Part shown: one piece after another, positions 1-12,859 of the stretch
Layout of the letters: every line of letters begins with the position of its first letter
Position numbering within the stretch: position 1 is the first letter of the stretch
Assembly: GCA_028534125.1 (NCBI GenBank)
Contig: CM052816.1
Span: forward strand, 85,376,001-85,440,000
Direction: 5' to 3'
DNA from: Lama glama
Lineage: Eukaryota
DNA: 64,000 nt
The notes under the pieces: model-generated
Database searches by the model: none
Told to the model about the DNA's origin: nothing
The model's input: only the letters and a program-made list of their open reading frames with translations
Position numbers and translations under genes: made by a program

Positions 1-464
1 TTGCCCTGCCCCTCATTCCCTCTCCCCATTGGTAATCCATATCTGTGAGTCTGTTTCTGTTTTGGTATATACATTGGTTTGTTTTATTTTTTAGATTCCA
101 CATTAAGTGATAACATACAGTATTTTTTCTTTCATTGTCTGACTTATTTTATTAAGCATAATAACTTCTAGGTTCATCCATGTTACAAATGGCAGAATTT
201 TATTCCTTTTTATGGCTAGGTAATATTCCATTGTATATTTTATAGTCCACATCTTCTTTATCCATACATCTGTTTATGGACATTTAGATTGCTTCCATAT
301 TTTGACAATTGTAAATAATGCTGCTGTGAACGTTGAGGTGCATGTATCCTTTCAAATTAGTGTTTTTGTTTTCTTCAGATATACACCCAGGAATGGAATT
401 GCTAGATCACATGGTAGTTCTATTTTTTAGTTTTCCAAGGAGAATCCATACTGTTTTCCACAGT
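1..464 (-). mobile_element. LINE-1 ORF2 C-terminus/3' UTR fragment (runs off window start)
   Basis: Typical antisense L1 motifs: 'ttagattccacattaagtga', 'ggttcatccatgtt', 'atatacacccaggaatggaattgctagatcacatggtagttctatt', 'ccatactgttttccacagt'. Confidence 0.9.
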
Positions 465-499
465 AGAAAATTACCTGGGGACTGTGGTGCTAGAGTTGG

Positions 500-930
500 C
501 AAAGAGTTGGAAACAAGGGCCCCTTTTGGTGACCAAGGCAAAGAGGGAAGAAAGGAAGATCAGGTATGGTGTAGTCAGAGCAGATGGTGTGTGACTGCCA
601 GGGAGAAAGGAGAGTGAGATATCTGTAGCTCACGCTTGACCTAATCCCATTCAGAGGACTTGAACACCTACAAACGAAGGCAAAAAATCTACATGAGGTG
701 TGGTTTTGCCCTGACTAAAGTGGTTATTTTTGACAACCATCAGGGGAGAACAGATTTACCAGGAGTGGGCAGAAGCCTTGTCAGTAGTGTTTGCTATGGG
801 CTGAGCTCACACAACCTGGAGGTAGAAGACCTGAGAAGGATTGGACTTAGTCCCAGCAAGGGAAGGACCGATAACAGACTGCCAGAACCCTCCTTTGGAT
901 TTGTAATGCTTAATGAAAATTGAAAGAATT
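500..930 (-). mobile_element. Degenerate L2 LINE fragment
   Basis: Purine-rich stretch loosely resembling antisense L2 (e.g. 'ggagtgggcagaagcc', 'cctcctttggatttg'); highly diverged. Confidence 0.35.
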
Positions 931-3149
931 ATTATTGACTGCTGTGATTTCTGAGGGTGGGACTAGGGTTATAGCTCCACCCTGGCTAAACACTTTTACT
1001 TCAGAATCCATGGGTCTTTCTACTCTCATCAGCATTTGGCTAGCTTCATTTCTTTGTGTGCATGGTTGGTGTAAATACATTTTTACTTACCGTGAATTTA
1101 AAATAAATATAGTTTAATGTTTTAGAGTAAGCAAAATCTGTGATGCAGTATCAATCTGCCATATTAACCCAAAATTGTACTATTTTTTTGTTTCACCATT
1201 CAGTCTCTCTTTCCCTTTTTTTCTCTTCTTTTTCTCTCAAACATACATATATATTTGAAAATAATGGGAATTTTTATGTTGGTTAACATAATGTATAAAC
1301 TATGGCTTTGCTGTTTAAACTTCTTTGTAATTTAATGTAAAGAACTGAGCTAAATTAAAAAAAAAAAACCATGTATGGTTTGATAGGATTAACAATTGAC
1401 TCATCTTTCTTCAACTTTTGGTAACTTATCAGATATTATAGAGCATATAGTTGCTATTAGAGTGAGAATAAAAGTTGACATCAATTTATCCCACAAATTT
1501 TTAAGGTATAATATTCATACATGTCTTCCAGTGGTAGTTTCATTACAGTTGTAAAATTACTAGCCAGAAATTGAAGTGGAAAATGATGATATCAAGAGGA
1601 AGATATCCCAGGGAGAGAATTAATGTCAAAATAATTACATGGTTCACGGTCAAGGCTGTACGGTTATTAGCAACTCTAGAGAATCTAATTAAGTAAGTCA
1701 AAAATTGTGCTTAAGCCAGTTAAGTCGGAGTGTTTCTATGGCTTCTGAACAAATAGGTAACACCTAAAAGCTGAGAATGTACTCATTAATCAAAGAAACT
1801 GAAAATTATATCACACTGATTAAAACCACATGTAGTAAAAATGCCTATTTAGTCTTCTTTTAAAATTAGATCTTAGGAAAAGCTGAACTGCTACTAACTT
1901 TAATTCACTCCTATAATCAGACAAGTTTTTCATTTTATTATTCTTTTGCTACTATTTTTGATAATTACCTAATTTTCTTCAACTCCTTAGGCCCTCTTTT
2001 TTTTTAATCAATACCCATTACTAGTTTTTGACTTAGAAAAAAAAAATCACACTTCTTTAAAATGTAGACCCAATTTCTTGTACAAAGACTGAAAAAAAGA
2101 AAAATTGTGTGTACAGTAGGGTACCCCATTTTACAAAAGAACATGCAACATTTACTCACTACTGAAATAGAGGTTGCTATAGTTCAGTTTAAATAAATTT
2201 TCCATTAATTATTCCAAATATTTTATTTAGAGATGACAAATAAAACAATAGAAGTTTCTGTCTACACAGCTATGAAAGAATCATAAGCTTTGGGGAAAAA
2301 AAAAGGCAGAATTGAAGGATGAAAAGACATCATGGATGTCGTAAACACATTATCAGTGTCAGATTTAAAAACTTGCTACTATCCCAGGCTACTAATCTTG
2401 CTCCTTCACGGGGATATCTCAATGATTGTGGTTTATTTTAGAAGGCACCATTGCAAAATTTTTAGGCAGATATTCCTTGGCTTTTCATGAAATAAATACA
2501 ACATGATAAATAAACTTACCAAACATTTTCAAGTTCATATCACCTGATTTTAGTTCAAACCATAACCAAGAAAAACACTAATAATTATTATTCAGAAAAA
2601 TACTTGTTTTCAAGAACACTTCAAATAATTTTTTAAAAAAGAGAAGTCAGTCAGATTTTAACTTTGTATTCAAATAAACATTGGAGATAATTTTGGAGTT
2701 ATATTTTTATGTTAAAAATTATAAACATACAACATATTAAAAGTGGTGGAACACGTATCTCTTAAATGAATATTGTGTGGTATAGATTCCATGAGACAAT
2801 GTATCAGGTAGGAAGCCTACCTGAAGAGTAGAAATCAACACTCTGTAATGTTCTTATTCTTGGAGCAATGTTTTGTTGTAGATTTCCTTAAATATATATA
2901 TGTGACTTGAATATATGCAAACTAGCTAATTAATTCTAAATTTTTAGTGGTAGTCTATATTTGATGACTTTCATTTTGCATAGAATTTGGTGGCAAGTAT
3001 GTATTGCCTCTACTTAAAAATATTAGCATAGACATATTGGGGCAAAAATTCAACATGCGTTTCAATGGCTTTTAAATCTCTGAGACTCTTCCGGCCTCTA
3101 GAGAATAGAAAGTTGTAGTGGATGAGTTCTATCACCTGATACATCTTTC

Positions 3150-3310
3150 TTTTTAATCTTGGCTTTTAACATTATTAGATGTGTGACTTTGAACAAGTTA
3201 CTTACATTCGCTTAAAATCTGTGTTTTACCTGTATAGTAGGAGATAATAATGCCTAACTTATTGAGCCATTTTGAGACTCGGAGATAACTTACTTCAAAC
3301 AAGTGACAAT
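3150..3310 (+). mobile_element. MIR SINE
   Basis: MIR core 'tgtgtgactttgaacaagttactta...ctgtatagtaggagataataatgccta'. Confidence 0.75.
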
Positions 3311-3359
3311 GTACAGAAGGGAATTTTTTACATTTCTAAGTCTTGACATATTCAGAGCT

Positions 3360-3546
3360 TCCTTTGATGTTTTTATACCTGGGCAGCATACTAGAAGTAC
3401 CTGGAGAACTTTCAAAATGTTGAAATGTTCATGCCATTTCCAAGACTAATTAAATTAGAATCTCTGTGAGAAGGACCCAAGCATTGGCATCCACCTAAAA
3501 CTTCTCAAGTGATTGTAAATTGCAAGTAGAACTGAAAATTGCTGAT
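3360..3546. mobile_element. MER5-like hAT-Charlie MITE
   Basis: 'gcatactagaagtacctggagaacttt...aattagaatctctg...ttctcaagtgattgtaa...tgaaaattgctg' follows the MER5A/B layout. Confidence 0.7.
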
Positions 3547-4784
3547 TTAATACAAGGCAAATGGGTATTGTTGCTTCTTTGCAATAGCCTGTAATGTTCC
3601 CTGGTTATAACTATTTAACAATTAAGCATTAACCACCCTTGATGGAGTCAAGAACAACAGAAAAAACTTCTATAGTTCACAATAGAAGAAAAGACATTCG
3701 GTGGGAAAAGGCAGAATAAATTTCAAAATGAGAGAAAATAGATGAATCCATTGCTTTTAATTGAAAGGAGAATAATAGTCAAGAAGCAGTGTACTTTGAT
3801 GGAAAGTTGAGGCATGACAGTATTAAGTACAATTCTTTCATATGTTTATATAATTCTGATCAAAATAGAAAGGAAGTCTGGGAGTTAAATTTCCAAAGTT
3901 ATATCTAATGATGCAAAAAACATGTAATTACATATACAAAATGGGTAATTTTGCATGTAATCTGTAATTTGCTATTGTTTAATTTGAAGGTTAGCTAAAT
4001 TACATCCTTTGTCTGTAAAGTTTTAGGTTGCTACATTTTTTACCATTTGAGTTGTTGTAAAGTTATTTATCTATAACTGTCCTGGGGAGTTAAGAACTGA
4101 TCTTAATTCAATATATATCTATTATAGGTGGGTCGTATATAACCATGACAGTTTTAATAGCTTTTATGGAACAAAAATGGTCTTAATTAAAAACTTTTCA
4201 TGTATAATTTTGTCCAAGAAATTATGGATTATTAAGCACTGGGAAAATTGTATGAATTTGTTTTAATACACAGACAAGTGAAAATTTTTTAAAGGAGGAT
4301 ACTGTACACTTCCTCTTTTAAGTATTTCTTTGAAAAAATATATATGTACACATGCATAGACACACACTATATAGAATGCCTTTGTTTTATTTAGCAATTT
4401 GAAGAATGACCTGATTATTTCTTTATTTTAAAATGTGATCGACATACATTTTTGTAAATGAAATATTTGTTTATGTATAACATTTTCCTTAGAGTCAGTA
4501 TTTATACTGCATCTATTTTGCACCTATTTTATTTTAATATCCAACCCTGGAGCACATTTGCTTTGTAATTTCTCTTCCAACATTCTAATAATACGAAAGG
4601 ACTAATGCTTATTTCAGGGTGGACTTTCCAGTTCATGGGATCAGTCATTTATTAAATAGCACTCTTTGGACTTTAAAATAAAACACACTTCGTCAAATGT
4701 TTCACTTTCAGACATGAATTAGATTCTCCACACAAAGACTGCAGCCCATTAAATACCTCCAGTTTGAAGATTTATGTTTTAAAA

Positions 4785-4835
4785 ATATATTTATATATAT
4801 ATATATATGTACATATGTATACACACACACATACA
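4785..4835. repeat. (TA)n/(CA)n microsatellite
   Basis: Direct reading of dinucleotide runs. Confidence 0.85.
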
Positions 4836-4839
4836 AAAT

Positions 4840-5100
4840 ACTGCCCTAATAAAATGTCTGCATCTTAACACCTGAAATTTATGATTACTGCCTTACAGTA
4901 TAAGAGAAATTTTAACAAATGTGATTATGGTAAGGATTTCAAGATAGGAAGATTATCCTGGATTATCCAGACTGGCCCAATATAATCACAAAAGCCTTTA
5001 AAAGATGGAATTGAGAGACAAAAGAAGAGTTAATGTCATAGTTAGGTGATGTGATGTGAGAAACACGACTGACCGTTGCTGAGACCCTAAGAAGCCAGAA
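4840..5100 (+). mobile_element. MaLR LTR fragment (MLT1D-like)
   Basis: 'gtgattatggtaaggatttcaagataggaagattatcctggattatccagactggcccaatataatcacaaaagcctttaaaag' is characteristic of MLT1D-type LTRs. Confidence 0.8.
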
Positions 5101-5349
5101 TAAAGAACTGCTCAACATGATTGCATTGTTAATTTTATATTTAAATCAATCATCTGCCTGTATGTAGTAAAGACTTCTGAGAGAAAGCCGTGTTGTCCTC
5201 TCAGATCTAGGATTAAAGGAAACTGACAAGTCAACATTTAATGGGAGTTGAGGGACCAGTAATAGAGACATCCTGAAACTGGCATTTTATTAAGTTCTTT
5301 TGAATAAAAAGAAAAGGAGTTGGGTGGATTCCAGAGTGCTTTTAAGAAA

Positions 5350-5570
5350 TAGTATGTCTAAAAGTCTAGACTCTTAGATCAACAAGTTCTGGCTGGTCTT
5401 TTGAGAATGGTGAATTAGTAAGAATGATTTGCCCTTGAATAAATTAATCAGTTTCTGCATTTCTATCTGTAAGAAAAGAATGGTAACATCAATTTCATTA
5501 ATTGTGAAGATAAAGAGATAATACAAAATAAGATGATTGTTCAGATACATAACACATGCCCCAAAATGTT
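5350..5570 (+). mobile_element. MIR SINE
   Basis: 'gcccttgaataaattaatcagtttctgcatttctatctgtaagaaaagaatggtaac...ttgtgaagataaagagataatac'. Confidence 0.6.
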
Positions 5571-6449
5571 TGATCCCTTTGCTCCTGTGTTCCCACTGTG
5601 CCTAGTACTATATTGAGTAGACAAAATAAAAATGATAAAGTTAAGTTTAAAAAATGTAATAAAGGTTGAGATTGCTATTCTAAAATATTAGATTAGATTG
5701 GTAATCTAAAATATTCTAAGATCAAGCTTGAGATTTAATAAAATATCCTAAGAAATTTGAGCACGAATGATGGGAAGGATTTCAAATTGAATTCTACCTT
5801 TGATTTGAGGACACAAGCTTTTCATCTTACATTCACCTAATTACACGTTACTCCAAAAGTATATTTTTTTTTCCAGAAATAAGGAGCATGGAAAATACCA
5901 GATCTACCAAATGGTCAAAGCCTTCTTCAATTTTAAGCTCTATTATACCCTATCTTTTATAATGGGACAAACCCCTGAGAACAGATATAACTAGAAATAC
6001 AGAAACAAAACTCTGTACTTCAAATTAATGTTTGTGAAAAACAACATTTGAGAAATTCTACGGAAACCCTGTTTATTTTCCACTTAATAGTTGTATGTCT
6101 CTGAATAAATATTCAGTCCTATAATCCCCATAAATTTATAAAAATAATCATCACAGATCACTGCTAGAAGTTACCAGTTTTAAATATATGTTATATTAAA
6201 TAATTTATTTCAGAAGTAAGAAAAATTTCAAGCAAAAATGTCTAAACCTATGCAGTCACAATGGAAGTACTTTCATTTAATAATTCTGCTGTCCATAATT
6301 TGTTCATTTGTTTGCCTATTTCTATCTTAGGTTAAGCTTCCAATGTGTCCTGGATACTTTACAAGTTGTTATTGTATTTATAAGAGAATAAGTTAAAAAT
6401 TGGAATTAGAATCGTAGAGAAAAGGTCCACAAATTAAAAGACTATGGCA

Positions 6450-6548
6450 GGGGGGTGGTATAGCTCAGTTGTTGAGTGTGTGCTTTGCATGCACGAAGTC
6501 CTGGGTTCAATCCCCAGTACCTCCATTTAAAAAAAAAAAAAAAAAAAA
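6450..6548 (+). mobile_element. tRNA-Ala-derived SINE (camelid vic-1-like, short form)
   Basis: A box 'tagctcagttgttgag', B box 'gggttcaatccc', anticodon-arm relic 'tgctttgcatgca', ends 'tacctcca', then about 20 A. Partial TSD 'aaaagact' on both sides. Confidence 0.9.
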
Positions 6549-6789
6549 GACTGCGTACTCCAATATCTTAAAATATTTCATATATAGTCTGGAATATATA
6601 ATGTATGCACATTAACAAAATAAAATGAAACTTGCAGCTATAACTTAGACATGGATATGAATTATTTCCAAAACTACTGACAAAGTAGAAAAAAATGTAG
6701 CAATCAATTATTTAATTCAAACTATTAAATGTGCATTGGAGAATGGGGAAGAGAGTTTTTATTCCAACTCCTTTGCCAATTAAAAAAAA

Positions 6790-7015
6790 TTCATTCATTC
6801 ATTCAATACATATTTATTGGGGTCTTACTGTTACATATTTATATAAACTCTTGGCAAGTATCCTTGTACAAAATAGACAAAGACTTCTGTCCTTAGTCCT
6901 AGAATTTCATCAGGAGAAATCAGCCATAAAAAATAAGCATAATTAATAAGTAAATTGTATCATATTTTTTAAACTGAAAATTGAGAAATAAAAAGTAAGG
7001 CAGTTAAGGAATATA
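6790..7015 (-). mobile_element. L2 3' end
   Basis: Begins with 'cattcattcattcaatacatatttattg' (antisense L2 tail), then 'aaaatagacaaagacttctgtcctt'. Confidence 0.75.
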
Positions 7016-8184
7016 TGATTTTGTTTTTATTGACTGATGCAGTAGCATTTTTTAAATGTGAAAGTATTTATCAACTTATCCCCAGAGGAATAAATGTTTT
7101 TTTGTTTGTGTGAGATGAAGTTTTATTATTTTGTTGTTGATTTATGTTAGTTAATGGAAATTTAATATAAAAGAAGGGCTCGCTAATGGCATCTTTGAAT
7201 ATCCTTTATATATATGAGGAAACCTTTATGCTGTGAACTCTCTTATCCTGGCAAAGGCATCAAGACATATTCCCAATTCCATCTGCAGCTTCCACATGAA
7301 ACTTCTTTTCAAAAGGGAATGGAGGAGTGAAGAAACTCAGTCTAGAACTTCCCTTTTGTGCAGATGTGAGCAGTGAAATGCTGTCAGGTTTTGCCTTTAG
7401 CAGCAGCACGGGTATCTGTTGGTTGCCAGGTTGCAGAATGGTATCTGTCTGGTGACAGTAGTTACTGCAGTTTAGTCAGCATACTTGGTTTGCGTTCCAT
7501 GGTAGCAGAGATGACATTTTATCTGCAGCTGAATTCTTGCTGTGTGGTTCTGATGAGGCACCTGGAAGAGAAGCTTGTATACAATCTTTCCGTTCCTCTG
7601 AATTAATCTGCAAGTCTCCTAATAATCATTAATGATTTCCTTTTCCACTTAAAGTAGATTGCATGCTTTGTGTTATTTAATAAACAAGAACCTTGATTGA
7701 TAAAATACATTTTCAAGAGTGTGAGACTTCCTGATTCTCTTTCCCCTGTATCTGAAAGTGATTCTTTTTCCATTTCTCTCTCTTTAGGGTGCCCACTTGA
7801 GGATATAGTTGAGGGAATCTGAATTTATTGTATGTGTTCCAAATGGGAGGTTTTCTCTGTTAAGTGTGCATGCTCCTTCCGAATTCAAGGCCCTGTTCCA
7901 TCTGAAAGCATGTCTCTTGTCCACTTTGCACCTGTCCCTTAACATCACATGCCCCTCCAGGAAAGAAAGAGAAAATACACAGTTTACGACTCTATATGTT
8001 TTTCACCAGATTCAAGATTAATTTCAGGATTGTCTGAGGTGTGAAGCTTCTGCTCTGCGCCATCTTCTCTCTTCTGATCAACTTTTAAATCATGTTACAT
8101 AGGAATGAGCCCTATTTTTTCTGCAGTTGCTCATGGCAAACTGATTTTATGGTATTTTTATTTTTTTATTTCATCTTATTTAAA

Positions 8185-8428
8185 ATGTCATTCAACAATG
8201 TTTGCTGTGTGTCAAAGCTGTTTTCTCTCTAAGAACTTTATTAATATCAACTTATTTAAAATTTATACCCATGTGATGAGGTGGTACCGTTATTATCCCA
8301 TTTTACAAATAAGCACATTGAGATGAAAGAATGTTAAGGTAACTTGTCAAAGCCTCACAGGCAGTAAACAGAAGAGCCATAATCAGAAGCAGAGTATGAC
8401 CCATGGTCTCCGTTGCTCTTAACAACAT
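8185..8428 (-). mobile_element. MIR SINE
   Basis: 'tattatcccattttacaaataagcacattgag...gttaaggtaacttgtcaaagcctcacagg...gctcttaac'. Confidence 0.8.
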
Positions 8429-8677
8429 TGTCATTTCCCTCCTTCAGTACATTAGGAATCTGCAAAAAATGAAACTCTGTAATAAAGCCTCTTTCTATTC
8501 TTATTGCAAAATTATCTTTATTTCATTGTTCCATATACCACTTTACCACTTAGGAAGTATAAAAATGGGACTCTATTCCTTTAAATCTCTATTTTATTCT
8601 CTTCTCTGTCCCAAGTGTACCTTTTCCCAAGTACAATAATTATTCAGTAAAGTCAGATAAAATCCTAAAGAGCTATT

Positions 8678-8995
8678 CAATCAGCCCTTTATAACTGTAG
8701 ATTCTACATCCATGGATTCAACAAGCTGTGGACCAAAAATATTTAGAAAAATAATTTCAGAAAATTCCAAAAAGCAAAACTTGAATTTACCCCACTTGGG
8801 GAACTATTTACAGAGTGCTTTCATTGTATTAGGTAATATAGGTAATCTAGAGGTGATTTAAAGTATGCAGGAGAATGTGCAGAGGTTATAGGTAAATACT
8901 ATGCCGTTTTATATGAGAGACTTGAGCATCTTTTGATTTTGGTATCCTTGGGGATCCTGGAACCGATCTCCCCCATGGATACCAAGGGACAGCTG
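8678..8995 (+). mobile_element. MER2 (TcMar-Tigger) MITE
   Basis: Left end 'caatcagccctt...catccatggattcaac', body 'aaattccaaaaagcaaaacttgaattt', right TIR 'ggataccaagggacagctg' followed by TA. Confidence 0.9.
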
Positions 8996-9599
8996 TATGA
9001 GTCTCACTTGCTCTGAGTCCATGCCTTGTAATAAAGGCTTATCCCTAACTCTAATACGAATCCCACATGGACTCATTGACACGCACTCTTAAGACAGACA
9101 CCTATTTATTGGGCTTTGTCCATAAACGCATAAATATTGACACTAACTCTTCCTGTAAGGGATTCTACAGTGTTGCTCTTCTCTTTGACTCAGATCAAAC
9201 TACTACAAACTCCATCTTGGTAATTTGAATAGAAGATGGGATGTGGGAGAGAATCAAGACCTTTTAAAGTGTCTTCTAAATAAGGACGATATCCACTTGA
9301 AGCAGCCCTAGTCTGTAAGTAGGATTTAATCTTTTACACAATTTCCACTGTTCTTTTTTAGCAAGTTCCTTACCCTGTCCAACTTTCAGATGTATTATTT
9401 CAGTGGTGAAGACTGATTTCTCATTGGCTCTTTACCACCTCAGTCTGCCACATTAAAAGGATAGCGTAATCAGTTTTGAGTATAAAATTATATATATATA
9501 TGATTATTAGATATATTATAAAAATTTAAAGTCATGATATGTAATAATAATGTATATACTTCTAAATTTCTAATATAAAAAATAGAGATTCTCTCTAAA

Positions 9600-9956
9600 A
9601 GAATTTAGTGAGCAATTATTGAATCCCCTGGGTCACTTTGTGTTTGCTAAGTGGCACTTGTCAGAGTGAGGCTCCTACCTCGTCACAGAGATGGGGATGT
9701 AGCAGTCTCTATCTTCCTTGATGATTGCCTTTTAGAGTGATGGCCTCTAGATCCTTGAAAAAAAGTTGTCCTGGGTTGTAAAAACGGCTTGAGGCTGTGA
9801 AAAGTTTTACTTTTCAAAGGGGCAGAGAAAGAATTTGCACTGGGGAGTTTTCAAAAGTATATGCTCTAAGAAAAGGGAGGTCAGAGGCCTATGAGCAGGA
9901 GGAAACCTGTCTAAAATTCAGTCAAGCCTGGGGGAATGTGAAGGCCATCTTGCCCA
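9600..9956 (-). mobile_element. ERV1 MER4-group LTR (MER31/MER67-like)
   Basis: 'tcaaaggggcagagaaagaattt...atgctctaagaaaagggaggtcagaggcct...aacctgtctaaaattcagtcaagc...aaggccatcttgccca'. Confidence 0.75.
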
Positions 9957-12859
9957 GTGCATGTGGAAGGCCAGCAAGGCATTTACCTCTACCCACACAG
10001 AAAGCCTAGGGACCTCCAGGTGAGAAATTAACTCGTCAGGGAGAAAACTCAGGCACCCGAGCTTCATGTAAAACATGGCCTGGTGTTCCATGCGCCATGG
10101 ATCTCATTGTACTGTAGCTCTTTCTCCTGTCTTCTCTTTCACACCTTGTCCCCAGAGTCCTGGGATGAGGTATGAGAAGTCTGTGATGAGAAATAAGATC
10201 AGTAAGATACCTGTGAGATAATGACCACTTAGGGCAATTTCCAAATTGTTGCCATTGTTAACGGAGTGAAATAAAAGCCAGGAAGAAAAGGGTTTGCTCC
10301 AATGATGATGGGGACAGAATGAGGATGCGGCTGCTTTAGGGAAGCAGAGGCCTGGGCTGTGAGGAAGATCAAGATCCCGCTGGAATAGGAAGCCCAAAGT
10401 CAGTGACAGATATCTCGGCAGCAAGCCAAGCAGAGTCTCTCAGGAGTAGAGAAGAAAAAAAAAAAGCTAATATGGAATTTGCTGAGATGTCAATGAATGG
10501 AAGCCACAAATCATCCCAGAGATTTAGGTGGGTGTATGTAGGAAATACTCAGCAATGTTCCCTAAAACCTTAGAACAATAGCCCGTGAGAGGATTACACA
10601 ATTCCTTAGACCCAAATCACCATACTGTGACCCTTAACGCGCTCTGACTAGTTCAATCCAGAGAAATCTGTTATGTGTATGACCTGCTCATCATAGATCA
10701 GAATTGTTGATTGATCACCATTTTTACTGATACTATTTTATGCATTTCACAAGGAATCTCAATAATAAGAACAAATATATAACTTGAAATAGCCAAATAA
10801 ACCAAACTGATTATGACACAGTCTTTAAATGTCTTAGGAAGAGAAACATTAAATGGCATGTATTTTAAGCCACAGTGAAGAGAACAGGATATGCGTAATG
10901 CTGAACTGCGTGAGATTTCTGATAAATCTCTGCTTTTGGGAGAAGTAATTACTAATGCTCTTCTGAACTTTTGGTACCTGCTATTAACCCAGTGGGAAAT
11001 TTTAAATTGTAACTTACCCTGAAGTCAACCACTCATAGAAATGAATGGATTCCTCCTTTTAACAGGAATAATAACATTCTTCTAGTCCTTCTTTTGAGCT
11101 AAAGGGGCTGAACATTGTATATAAATAGTGTGTGTATTGTTTTCCCTTAAGTTTCTCTTTTTGCTGTATTATTTCATTTAAACCAGTGTAAAGTTAAAAA
11201 AAAAGCAGGCATAATGTTTTCAGTTTAATTGTTGTTATTTTGTACTTGTACTCAATGTAGAGTAAGTATGATAAGGATCAGAAAAACTGGTATTTGTAAT
11301 CCTTTTATTTAGAACATTCACCAAAGAAATACAAAGCGGTTTGTTTCTGTTTTCAAATAACACCCACTGGATAGTCATTACTTCTTACTAGCATAATTTT
11401 TCAAAGTTTAATGGACAAATACTTTAGAGATGTACAAAACTGTATCAGTCACACTTTTGGGGGGTCAGTTTCAAATGTACATTCATATCACTTTCTGACT
11501 GAGAACTCAAAGAGGAAACTAAGGAGCTATAGTTTGGATAATACTGCTCTTAGAATATCAGAAAATAAGTGATTCCTGATGTAAGAAAAAAATACTTCTG
11601 AACTCTCACTGAGTTTTGTGTATGCACATGTGTGTATGTCTGAATGACTATGCCTCTGCATCCCAGACTATCATGTGATGCTCAAAAGAATGTTGTTATG
11701 TAACTCATTACGCTGCTTTTTTTTTGTTTTGGTAAAGTAGCTAACATTGAATATATGATCTGACGTAGTCCACAATCCATTTGTGGTGTAGGCATGTAAG
11801 TAGTGACTGATAAGTAAATGAGGAATTCACTATAGTAATGGGGAAGAACCAAAGGATCATGGTCCAGAGAAGTTTCGAGTTCATAATTGGGAAGTCATAA
11901 TGTAGAATTTAGTATTAGAAAAGATCCTGCATTTAAGGTTTTTATATGGTAAAAATAGGCCCAAGAGAATTGTTATTTGCGTCTACATCTCATTTTTCCA
12001 CTTCTTTCATTTGTTCATAGAGATACACAAGGATGGCAGACGTATTTCTCAAGAAGTTTTATGTTTAAAGTTAATGTCAATTTCTGACATATATATAATA
12101 ATGTTCACAATACAATGTCTTAACATACTCAAATGGGAGACATTTCTCTGAAAGCATATACTATCCCCTAAAAAAGGAAAAAAATATTTCATGGAAAAGC
12201 CAATTTCTTCTCTTTTGTTTCATTCTTATTTAATTAACATCGTGAAATGTGTTAAACAGCAACACTCGAAAAATATCCCCATGTTTCATAGGCACTTGTA
12301 AGGAAATAATAAATTTGCTTAGTGCTACATAATACATTCTGTGAGAGCTCAATAAATACTTGTTGACTTGCTGCTAAAATAAAATATACTCTTTCTCTTG
12401 AGGATACAGTTGCTAAACAGATATTGAAAGCATTCTAATTGCAATAATTCTAAATATGTTCAAATTGGTGAAATTCCACTTTTTAGGCAGGAACTTTCAT
12501 CAAAGATTTATGGCAGTTAAATTAAATAACCTATAAAACAGATCAGAAAGACTGTACTACATAGTGGCAGTAGAAAACAGCAGGTTTTACTACAATGATA
12601 GTTTTATTAAGAAAATGCTAGTTTTCAAATTAATATTCTATTACTAGTGTACAAACGGGGGTATGAGATTCACTTGAACGTTTTTACTCTTATGTATTTT
12701 TATGATAATCAAAACTCATGTTGAAAATAAGATGCTAAAAAAATTGCAACATTAAAATAACTTTTAACACCCCTCAGAATCGCCAAATGAAAGTAAAAGA
12801 ATATATGCAAAGCCATGAGATAGTGAAGCATATATAGTAAGCCATGAATAAATATTAGT

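Noticed and set aside
6450..6525. Functional tRNA-Ala gene
   Set aside because: Encoded CCA, poly(A) tail, partial TSD, disrupted acceptor stem and altered D-loop GG indicate a SINE.
9960..10480. GC-elevated segment after the MER31-like LTR as an exon (106-aa minus ORF)
   Set aside because: No recognisable protein or splice signals; more likely an old LTR relic that I cannot name.
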